Shown here: in pieces, positions 1 through 9,194 of the stretch
How the letters are laid out: the number at the start of each line of letters is the position of its first letter
Position numbering within the stretch: position 1 is the stretch's first letter
Assembly (NCBI GenBank): GCA_937625935.1
Contig: OW569378.1
Location: 248,001 to 312,000 of the forward strand
From: Tetramitus jugosus
Taxonomy: Eukaryota > Protista > Heterolobosea
Direction: 5' to 3'
DNA length: 64,000 nucleotides
Notes under the pieces: generated by a model
Told to the model about the DNA's origin: nothing
What the model saw: only the letters and a program-made list of their open reading frames with translations
The model's database searches: none
Made by a program: the position numbers and the translations under genes

Positions 1-810
1 TCCAACACCAATAGCACCAATAGCAATAGCAACATTTCACATGCCATTAAGCCTCTATTTCCCGTCATTCGCAACTGTATCATTGGTTTCGCATCTGTCA
101 CTCTCTTTACGGAACATGTGGCCTCATGGGGAACAGTCAGTGGTCGGTCCATGCAACCCACATTCAATCATCACTCCCCACCCAATACATCATCATCATC
201 ATCATCAAATGCATCATCATCTAACCATCATCATTCATCAACAACAACAACACTCAATGCATCATCATCATCGCCCAACAAAAAATCAAACAACAACAAG
301 CAGAATCAACAACAACATTACAATACTTTCTACTATGATTCCTCTCAAGAGGACATTGTCATTTATCATCGTTTCACAAGTCGTGTCCAACGTGGTGACG
401 TTGTCATTTTTCATTCACCACTCGACAAGAACAAAATGTTGATTAAGCGAGTGATTGGTATGCCTGGTGATTCTATTAAAAATTTGGAAAATTCATTGGT
501 GAACGTTCCGAGTGGTTATTGTTGGTTAGAAGGTGACAATAGTCATCATTCGAGGGACAGTAATTGGTATGGTCCGATTCCAATGGATAGTCTATGTGGT
601 GTGGTGACGCATCGTGTCTATCCATCGATGAATCGAGTGGAGAGTGTGATACCAGAGGGTGTGAGAAGCAGAGTGCTGTCGTTGTCGTCGTCGTCATCGT
701 CGTCTTTGTCAGCGTCGCCGCCATTGTTGTCTCCAATTCCTAGTGCGACAGTGTTGGATGCACCGAGTGGGTTCATGTCAGCAGAAGAACCAACAGAGGT
801 CATTGTATGA
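1..810 (+). CDS. Mitochondrial inner membrane peptidase (IMP1/IMP2-like, peptidase S26), 5'-truncated by the window
   Basis: Frame is open from base 1. Motifs GRSMQPTF (catalytic Ser), RGDVVIFHSP, LIKRVIGMPGD (catalytic Lys) and WLEGDNSHHSRDSNWYGPIP. Confidence 0.9.
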   Translation, partial: SNTNSTNSNSNISHAIKPLFPVIRNCIIGFASVTLFTEHVASWGTVSGRSMQPTFNHHSPPNTSSSSSSNASSSNHHHSSTTTTLNASSSSPNKKSNNNKQNQQQHYNTFYYDSSQEDIVIYHRFTSRVQRGDVVIFHSPLDKNKMLIKRVIGMPGDSIKNLENSLVNVPSGYCWLEGDNSHHSRDSNWYGPIPMDSLCGVVTHRVYPSMNRVESVIPEGVRSRVLSLSSSSSSSLSASPPLLSPIPSATVLDAPSGFMSAEEPTEVIV

Positions 811-1155
811 AGAGTTTTGTTGATTTTTTGTTCAATAAATTTTCAAGGAGTTATCTCGTGTATTGTAAAGTGTGAAGCAATTTGTGTTGGTTGGTGTCAG
901 GAAGTCAGTGGAAGCTTCGAATAGTCCTAAGCCAAGAAGGAATCAATTATTAACATCCCAAGAACTTGAGTTGTCTCGATGCTACGATGGTCCATTGGAG
1001 ATTGTCACAAAATATTGACCAAAAAGATTGAGCAATGCTCCATGTTTATTATGTCTCCGCCACAAAACTGGAATGGAACTGTTGTGATGCCGGAGAAGTA
1101 ACACAGGAGTTTGATATTCAATAAATTATTTACATGAGTTTTTTACACACAATGC

Positions 1156-2502
1156 TTAAGCACCCGATCCTAGCAGATAACGATGCGGACGATGGTCTTC
1201 CTCATACCTCGATCTACTCACATCTTCTTGCATTTCTTTCTCCATTCTGCCTTCGTCGACACTTGGTTTCTTTCGTTGTCTATCGTTGACTGGTCCATTC
1301 ACAATTAATAGAATCGTAAGGAGAACACATTGAGCCAGGATTAAGGAATGGAAGGACCATGCTTCATTAACTTCTGAGTTAATAATGTATCTTTGCTTCA
1401 TATCCATTCCCATCTTGCTGAACACAACCACGAGCCGAAACACCATATATGACACAAAGCTCATGACCATGACAAACAATTGAATCAACGGTTTCCTTGT
1501 CTGTGTATAAGAGGAAGAGCTCTTCCATTGTTTCACAGTGTACCACAATGTGACAACAAACAACACAAACGTGTTAATGGCAAGCACAACATCAAAATAT
1601 CGATCAAATACTTGTTTTGCCACAAAGAGAGCTGAACTGGCAGGCATGATATGATGTTTTGAATAGTAAATGATATCAACGATCAATTTGGGCACGAGTG
1701 CACTGAGTGAGAGCAACACTTGAATCACGTACAGCGAAATTTCAAGCTTTGTCGTTATGGAGACACCTCGGAACGACAGAGCGTCCCCAACCCTTATCAA
1801 ACCACTCTTCTTGTGCAGTGATTCCTTCTTTCTTGAGTGCTCTTCCATGTGCTCATTGTCGTGCAGTGCATCAATGCCATCCTCAGAATCACTGTCTTCC
1901 AGAGTGGACTCACCACCGATGGAGTCATCAAATTCATCAGCATCGACGTGAATATTCTGAAAATCCGTCACTAACCTTGTCACTTGAACTTTTTTACTCC
2001 TTTTTATAATCGCTCTTGACTTGACCATTCTCAGAATTTCAACACAATGAATTCTTGCAAGGAACAACAAGAGAAGGTTGTTGAGCAAAGTTCCACCAAT
2101 TTCTCCAATGAGATTGATGGCAATTGCAGAGGATGATTTAAGTGAGACTTCACCCCAGAAATTGAGGATATAGTTTGAGATGACGACTGTCATGAGCACT
2201 GCCCCTACAATATCACTGATCAAAATTGTGGTTATGCGTGTCGAAAGAGGGAGCTTAGCTCCAATCTTGTGAACTTCATTGTTCGTGGCAAGTGTTCCAT
2301 TCATGCTTTTCTCACTATTGGAAATTGAAGTTTGTTTTCGACGTGTCAGCATGATAGTTAACACAAGCGCAGTGTTGCCAATGAGTACGAGACTAAGAGA
2401 AAAAAGATCGATCGCAAAGAAAAGCCCAGTGATGATTTTGAACAGAGATGATTGTTGTGGTGAGTTGTGTTCATCATGAAGAGAGAAAAAGGATCCTATC
2501 AT
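1156..2502 (-). CDS. Multi-pass membrane protein (about 7 hydrophobic segments, GPCR-like topology)
   Basis: 448-aa intact ORF with about 7 hydrophobic stretches and a long acidic loop; family not recognised. Confidence 0.6.
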   Translation of the reverse strand: MIGSFFSLHDEHNSPQQSSLFKIITGLFFAIDLFSLSLVLIGNTALVLTIMLTRRKQTSISNSEKSMNGTLATNNEVHKIGAKLPLSTRITTILISDIVGAVLMTVVISNYILNFWGEVSLKSSSAIAINLIGEIGGTLLNNLLLLFLARIHCVEILRMVKSRAIIKRSKKVQVTRLVTDFQNIHVDADEFDDSIGGESTLEDSDSEDGIDALHDNEHMEEHSRKKESLHKKSGLIRVGDALSFRGVSITTKLEISLYVIQVLLSLSALVPKLIVDIIYYSKHHIMPASSALFVAKQVFDRYFDVVLAINTFVLFVVTLWYTVKQWKSSSSYTQTRKPLIQLFVMVMSFVSYMVFRLVVVFSKMGMDMKQRYIINSEVNEAWSFHSLILAQCVLLTILLIVNGPVNDRQRKKPSVDEGRMEKEMQEDVSRSRYEEDHRPHRYLLGSGA

Positions 2503-2792
2503 GATTGATTTCCTTGCTCAATGTTGAATTTTCTTTCTTTCCAAAACCACAACATTGAATGTAATACAAAGGAGAAAGTATTTTTGTATTCCGTTTGGTT
2601 GACCGTTCGTTATTTTAGTCTCTTCAAAATTCAAAAGCCTACATTACTGAGGGTTCTCGAGTAGTCTCCTATCTCAATACTAACTCAGCCAGATGGTGCT
2701 TAACTTCTCTATTCGAAATGGGAAGAGGTGGTTCCACCATTGTATGAACGTAGACACTCTGTTGTCGAAAATGAGCTATTTCCACGCTTTTG

Positions 2793-3645
2793 TGACACTG
2801 CTTTCGTGGTCATGGGTGACGAAACCTTTGCACAAGCAGTGCTCAGCTGAGAGCAAAAGGTCAAGGCCACGGTCACTCGATACGTTGAGCGGCCACACGA
2901 TCCCCTCAAGTCTGTCAACAAGAGGTTGACGAAGATGTACGAGGAGCTGCTGACGGTGGTTGACGCACTGCGTCGACAGGTCACAGAACTCACCAAGGAC
3001 TTGGCAAAGACAAAGGGTCAAGAGAGCAACAAACCGGTTCCGATACCGGAACTAGAAGTTGCACAAAGAACTGTTCCAGATCTAATGGAAGCAGAAGAAC
3101 AAAGGAGTACAACACCACTGCCAACAGTGCCTGTTGTACAGCTCAGCGCTGAAAATCAGCAAATACTGGAGCAAGTGAATGCCACTTCTCCAGTGTTTGC
3201 CAGAGTGAAGAAGGAAATTGCTGCATTGGCACTAGCCAGTGCACGCAAAAGGTATGGTTTGACTGAGGACGAACCAGTCATTGTGGATGTGGATGATGAC
3301 TCCGAAAAGGAGATTCAGAGTCCACAACTCAATGACAACAAGAAAAGGAGTGCTAGGATCACACTGGGTGATCTGAGGAGCAACAAGGCCCAAGACAAGA
3401 AAAAACAACAGATGGCTCTGTGTCCATCGACGGTCCTACTACAAGGTTACGCTCTTTGATGAAGGGCATCAATCAAAACACTCACCAGAGTGATTCTTCC
3501 AACCTGTAGGTGCACCGTCGGGGACAACAAGAGAAGAAGAGTGAATGACGCCCTACGGGTCGTCACTCACAAAACAAGTCAATAAATGAGCAATCGTGTG
3601 CTTGCGCACACTTGGTTGTGTGGAAAAAAAAAAAAAAAAAAAAAA
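2793..3645 (+). mobile_element. 5'-truncated non-autonomous non-LTR retroposon (copy A) with 15-bp TSD and A22 tail
   Basis: ATTTCCACGCTTTTG at 2778-2792 and 3645-3659. Poly(A) at 3624-3645, AATAAA upstream of it, hairpin at 3539-3568. Homologous to 32554-33324. Confidence 0.9.
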
Positions 3646-3869
3646 TTTCCACGCTTTTGGGTCGCGACGTTTTCATGGTTTTTGGGTGAAATCGACGTAC
3701 CGTTTGCAAGTGACCATTCAAAGACTGTAGAGCCACCAACAGAAACAAAGAGCAATATCTTGGCTGATGTTTCCAGTTGTTCTCTCGTGATGTATTCATT
3801 GAAATTGAAACTTTGTGCTATCAGAGTGGAAATGATTCTTTAATCGATACATGGTTGACTTGATCTACG

Positions 3870-5660
3870 TCACTTCAGATGAGATCCTGGTTGTATCTTG
3901 GCTAGTTCAAACAGATTCATTGGATTTCCATTCGAGGAAACATACTTTCCATTCTGAGTGGCATTTGATACAGGTAAGTATGAACGACTGGAGTAATACG
4001 AGAGATTTGTTGCGTTCATTGGCTGAGGTGCAGGATACTGAATAGAACTATTGAGGGAGGAATTTAGTATCATGGATCCATGTAGGTTAGGAGATAGGAA
4101 GCTCGTATTCAAACTGTTCATTTGGACTGGCTGTGTCTTACTTAAACTTTTGTTAATAGAATGATATCCAGTATCCGAAATAATACTGGTATTGCATGAA
4201 CTCAAAAAAGAATTCTCCTTGTTTTCAATCATACTCGTATCAGGGCAGTTGGAGTCATTTAAGACCTCCAATTGTTTTTGTTTAGTCGTTATACTCTTCA
4301 AGATTTTTCTTTTGGATTTTGCAATTTGTCGAGCTCTCTGTAGGGTTGACAATGATTCCTTCAAGTTGGTTATTTCCTCGTTCAATGATACAATTTGAGA
4401 GTTCAGTTGTTCTATTGTTTGATCCCTTTCCTTCACAACCTTACGCTCAGAATTCAATTGATCCATCAAAGTTTGCTGCATCAGTTTTTTGCTCTCATCA
4501 ATCTTTTTGTACTTTTCATGAAGGTTTTGATGATCACTCTCCACTGTTTGGAACATTTCTGATAATTCCTTCATCTTCTTTTCTAACTCTCTATTCTTTT
4601 GGGAATACTCAGAGTTCTGAGACTTAGATTCTTCTAAATCAACTAGAGCACGATCTAAGTCACCTCGAATATCACTTTCTATGATGTCTCTTCTACTCTC
4701 AATGTGATCCAATTCCTCTCTCAAAGAGTTGGTTAGTTTGTTCGATTTTTCAACTTCTTCATTCATCATCTCCTTCTCTGCTTCTAGTTCTGATATCTTT
4801 TCTTGTAGCTCAAAATTAAGCTTGTTAAAAACATCCAGTTGTTGGAATACTTCTGAATATCTTGTTTCAGCAAATTGAAGTCTTGTCTTCAAATCTCCCT
4901 CCATTTGTTGATAAAATATTCTGGCATTCATCTCCTCGCTCAATTGACCATCTTTCGAAGAAAGAACTTGAGCAATGTTATTGTATCTCTCTGTAGTGAT
5001 CATTAAATCGGAATTGGATTTTGTCAACTGTTGTTTAAGTTGTTGAATTTCCTCCTTCGATTGAGAGCTATCTTCCTTTAACCTCTGATTCTCTCCTCTT
5101 AGGCTATTCAAATCTTGAGTTCTTTCTTCGATTACTTGAAGCAACGTTTCTCGTTCTTGGACTGCATCATTTCTCTCAGATTCGACGAGTTGATACTTTT
5201 CTTCTAGCTCAACTACCTAAGCCAATAATTAGTAAATAAGCCAATGGCAAGCGATAGAAAACAATGTTGCTGATACCTTTGCTAGTTTCTCTTCAAGTTT
5301 TCTGTCCATAATGTTATTCCTATTCTCTAGTTCTTTGTTTGTCTCCAGTGTTTCTGTTAGAACTCGTTCTACAGATGCTAGCTTCTCTGATTGACTCTGG
5401 AAGGCCATTGCTATATCATCACTTTCGATTCGAAGAGTATTAACCTCATAGACCAATCTTTCAGTGTCTTCGTCACCATCAAAGTGTTCCTCCAAAGCTC
5501 GATTCAAAACTTCAATCTCTTTTGCTTGTCTTTTCTGGATGTCTTCTAATTCTGCAATGTGCTTCCTTTGTTGTTGGTTCTTCTCCTTCATCTTGTTAAG
5601 GGCGGCCTCCATTTTGGCCATACTACCTTTTGTAGTTCCGGTGGTTCTCTTTGATTCCAT
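3870..5660 (-). CDS. Long coiled-coil protein, 2 exons (5660-5277, 5216-3870)
   Basis: A 60-nt GT...CTAAT...AG intron at 5217-5276 joins the two ORFs in frame; heptad-rich E/K/L sequence. Confidence 0.75.
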
Positions 5661-5919
5661 TTTCTAATGCTACAATTGGTTTAGTTGCTCGGAGTTTCGA
5701 AGACTTGTTGTCGAAACATCATCTTTGTAGCCTAGTCAACGGTTTTTCGAGGCGCGAAAACGATAAATCGATCATGAAAGTGTCTTATGGAGCTCCGTAA
5801 ATCATCTGAAGAATTTCGTGTTTCGTGCACACGACGGACTCAACAACTTCCATTCCAGCAACCAAAAAAATTTCTGTCGGAGAAAACCGCCAGAAATAGA
5901 AAAATAAAGAAGAACATAA

Positions 5920-5993
5920 GCGGTTGTAGATCAGTTGGTTAGATCGTGAGCTTAACACGCTCAAGGTCGCCGGTTCGATCCCGGTCAATCGTA
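5920..5993 (+). tRNA. tRNA-Val(AAC)
   Basis: Cloverleaf: acceptor GCGGTTG/CAATCGT, anticodon arm TGAGC-TTAACAC-GCTCA, GGTTCGATCC T-loop, downstream T-run. Confidence 0.95.
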
Positions 5994-6076
5994 AATCATT
6001 TTTATGTTACGGAACTTTTGTAAGCGAACCAAACCAAGAGATCAGTGTATTTTCAATTTCAATCACAGTCCCAACA

Positions 6077-6391
6077 ATGCCATCCTTACAGGATATGCCC
6101 AGTAACCGTTCCAGCGCCATGCTGTGGATAGAAGAAATATCTTTGGAGGACAGAGAAGAACTGATCGATGAATTAATCAACATGTACGACGAGATTGGAG
6201 ATCCTTTCGGTAGGAATTATCTCAGAAAACACAAGTACACCCTATCAGACAGAGAATTGTATCAATACTACTCTGACGTAAAGATGGTTGAAGGAGTGAG
6301 TAAGTCCATAGGAATGGCAAGAGGTGCTCTCTCTCGTTTTTGGAGCACATTACCCACCGGGTCCTCAGACAATAAATACAACAACTTGTAA
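6077..6391 (+). CDS. Small hypothetical protein (104 aa) between two convergent tRNA genes
   Basis: ATG in an A/C-rich context like other genes here; fills most of the inter-tRNA gap; no domain recognised. Confidence 0.5.
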   Translation: MPSLQDMPSNRSSAMLWIEEISLEDREELIDELINMYDEIGDPFGRNYLRKHKYTLSDRELYQYYSDVKMVEGVSKSIGMARGALSRFWSTLPTGSSDNKYNNL

Positions 6392-6421
6392 ATACACAAA
6401 AACCCTTTGCAAAACCCAAAA

Positions 6422-6492
6422 TGCATCTGCCGGGATTCGAACCCGGGTCGCAGCGATGGCAACGCTGCATGATACCCCTACACTACAGATGC
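6422..6492 (-). tRNA. tRNA-Gly(GCC)
   Basis: Reverse complement reads GCATCTG...GCAGCG-TTGCCAT-CGCTGC...GGTTCGAATCC...CAGATGCA. Confidence 0.95.
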
Positions 6493-6791
6493 TTGGTGAC
6501 AAAAGCTTTTGCTTACAAAACGCCCCACATAGCGGGCGCTCAACGATCGTAAATGGGTTCATTTCCTAGCCTTTCTGCTGTGGTCGTCATCTATGAACTT
6601 GTTGATATTTTCGCCAGAGAGGAGCACTGGCAACAAACATGGGTCAATAATGTTGGGCAATCATGTGCTTTAGAGCCCATGATGCAGATAAGTTTCAAAA
6701 GAGTTTGATTGACAGGAAGAACGAGCTGGTACCAACAAGATGGCATCGTACTTTATTGTTCACAAACATGTATGTGACATGCATCAATAAT

Positions 6792-7598
6792 TTACAATGG
6801 TCTATAGATGGTTGTATATCTGAATCCACTCAAAGAACGGAGACGAACACCATTCTTTTCATTCTCAGCATTGACAACTTCACCGTTACCGACATAGATA
6901 CCAACATGGCCATCTCTGTGCAAAATATCACCAGTCTTAATCTCAGACAAGGACACCTTTCTAGTGTTACCAGGGTAAGCACCAGTCCAAGTAGCACCAA
7001 TATTGACACCAGCATTCTTCCATGCCATGTAAACCAATCCGGAGCAGTCAAAGCAAGTTGGTCCATATCTCAAATTACCTGCTTGGCTATAGCACTTTCC
7101 AACTTGTTGTCTAGCAAACTTGGCAGCAATATCTCCCTTGCCACTACCACCGCCACCGCCACCAATGACGTTGACATAGTTGCTAGCGACCCAACCACCA
7201 CTAATAGAGTACCAAGTGTAACCACAACCAGAAGAAGTTTGACCAGTGTATGTGGCAGTTTGACCGTTGGTCAATTGCTTGACAACAGAGTTGGTGGTGC
7301 ATGGACCAGAACGAACATTGAGAGTCGTAGTTGCTTGGAGAGTAGCTCCATTGGAGATCATGGATTGAGAGTCAGCAGAAACTTGTTGTTGTTGTTCGAC
7401 GGCAGCTGCCTTCTTCTTCTTGAGTGAGCGAACAGGGCGGTGAGTAAGCTTCTTTTCGTTTGTGAATCTTGGCTGCTTGTTGAGAGCTGCTGCTGCAGAT
7501 GAGTGACGTGGGTGCTTCTTGGCTTCAGCAGTGGAGATGGTGAGAGCCAACAAGGCAACTACCACAAGGGCAAAGAGGACAATGACAGAGAATCTCAT
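6792..7598 (-). CDS. Secreted SH3b + NlpC/P60 peptidoglycan endopeptidase
   Basis: Signal peptide; SH3b (LNVRSGP...WY...GWVASNYV); NlpC/P60 motifs FDCSGLV, GDIL and GHVGIYVGNGEVVNA. Confidence 0.92.
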   Translation of the reverse strand: MRFSVIVLFALVVVALLALTISTAEAKKHPRHSSAAAALNKQPRFTNEKKLTHRPVRSLKKKKAAAVEQQQQVSADSQSMISNGATLQATTTLNVRSGPCTTNSVVKQLTNGQTATYTGQTSSGCGYTWYSISGGWVASNYVNVIGGGGGGSGKGDIAAKFARQQVGKCYSQAGNLRYGPTCFDCSGLVYMAWKNAGVNIGATWTGAYPGNTRKVSLSEIKTGDILHRDGHVGIYVGNGEVVNAENEKNGVRLRSLSGFRYTTIYRPL

Positions 7599-7894
7599 GT
7601 GTGTCAGTTTAGTTGTTTGTTTTTTTGTGGATGATGTTTTTTGTATGTGGTGTTGGATATTGGAGAAGACGTTTGAGTGTAGGTTGGAGTTCCTTCATGG
7701 AGTGGACCCTTGAATGTCTATGCCCATAGAAGAATCCTCCGCTCTCATGGTTGAAATTTGATTTTTTCGTCAATACCTGGCAAGGGACTTCGCGACATTG
7801 ACCTGGTCACTCATTATCCCTACAGTGGATCAAGATGTTTGACGAATTTAGTTTACTTTGGGATACAATCTTTCACTCATTGCAATCCAGGTTC

Positions 7895-8944
7895 TCATTG
7901 ATTCGACAAGATCTGGACGCGTGCAGTGATAAATTCATCATGTCTGTCCACTAGTTCCCTCACAATCTTTGCTTCGAGCCGTTCGTTCTTGGTTGGATCA
8001 ATTTGAATCAGCTTTCCATGCGATGGTTCTCTGTTTTCAATGTAGTCATTGTAGTGAATGTGGACATTGGTTACATAGGTAGATAGCAGATTGGATAGCA
8101 CGACATCAATCTTGTATTTCGTGATAGCGTCATTCACCTTTTCATTAATGATACTTGGATCAGTTTCTAGCTTGAATGAAACAAGGAACGCATTCGGACA
8201 CCAATCGAATCTCAATGCCTTCAAGCACTTTGGAGTTTGATGTAATTTCAACTGCAAGCAATTATCGGGCATATCTCTGGATTGAATCTTATGTTGACTC
8301 ATGTCTTGATATGGTACATAAAAATCAGCCACCGCAGCAGCAGAGAAAATCATGGCTCTGTGCTTTAACACATCCAACAATTTGGAGCACTCGCTCAACA
8401 ATACCAAATATTCATACAGTGTATCATATTGTACTTCCAATAATCTATTTTCTCTCTTTACTTTGTGATAGAGCTCAATGTCATCTCTTAACTTTGCAAG
8501 CTGCTTACGGTGTTGTTCACTTGAACTGCTTGAATCATCACTTGCTGCAATAGTGACACTCGTACAATCATTGGTCACGTGAATATCGTGCATCTTAACT
8601 GAAAACTTACTATTCAAGTCAAATGGCCTCACAGCACTCTGATGATGCAAGTAAATCACTGAGTAATTATCATATTTCAAGAACTCTTCCGTAGAGTACG
8701 CACCTCGACCACCAGAACTAAAATTGGCAATATATCTCACCATATTTCTCTCCAGTGGTACATTCATTCGACCAGATGTTACCAAGACGACTCTGCGATC
8801 CTGAGTGCTCTGCTCTTTAATAAACTGTCGAATGCTAGGCAACAGCTTCGCTTCCAATTGCAAACTTTCATTTACGATAAAGTCCTTGTGATACTTGATC
8901 CAACTATTGATCGATTCTAGGTCTGTTTCTCCCTTGTGCTGCAT
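7895..8944 (-). CDS. PPCS: Phosphopantothenate-cysteine ligase
   Basis: VVLVTSG..VPLERNMVRYIANFSSGGRG, AAAVADFY, HKIQS and SFKLETD motifs. Confidence 0.92.
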   Translation of the reverse strand: MQHKGETDLESINSWIKYHKDFIVNESLQLEAKLLPSIRQFIKEQSTQDRRVVLVTSGRMNVPLERNMVRYIANFSSGGRGAYSTEEFLKYDNYSVIYLHHQSAVRPFDLNSKFSVKMHDIHVTNDCTSVTIAASDDSSSSSEQHRKQLAKLRDDIELYHKVKRENRLLEVQYDTLYEYLVLLSECSKLLDVLKHRAMIFSAAAVADFYVPYQDMSQHKIQSRDMPDNCLQLKLHQTPKCLKALRFDWCPNAFLVSFKLETDPSIINEKVNDAITKYKIDVVLSNLLSTYVTNVHIHYNDYIENREPSHGKLIQIDPTKNERLEAKIVRELVDRHDEFITARVQILSNQ

Positions 8945-9194
8945 TTCTTATGTTCGACTGGTTTAGCTTGATCTTGTTTGTTTTTTGTGTTGGTGCGATA
9001 CCATTCTTGTCGGGTTCCGAGCGGAGGAACAAAATGAGAGCGGCCAAATCGCAAGTTCAGATTATAGTGGGCGCGAAAAAATCGCACCGTAAGCACTCTT
9101 GAAGCTTCATGCTTTCTCAAAGACCAAAATCAAAGTCAGAATACACTTCCATCAAAAAACTACTTCCAAAATCAAGTCATCAAGCTTCAATTCA

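Noticed and set aside
3539-3568. 3' hairpin as a Helitron terminus
   Set aside because: Followed by AATAAA and poly(A) and flanked by a 15-bp TSD; no CTRR end. This fits retroposition instead.
6663-7427. 254-aa + strand ORF and many similar overlapping ORFs (e.g. 16537-17187, 56117-56623)
   Set aside because: Antisense shadows of well-supported genes.
7770-7870. ATACCTGGCAAGGG resembling the U1 snRNA 5' end
   Set aside because: Lacks the ACTTAC splice-site-pairing sequence, the AUUGCAC loop and a clear Sm site.
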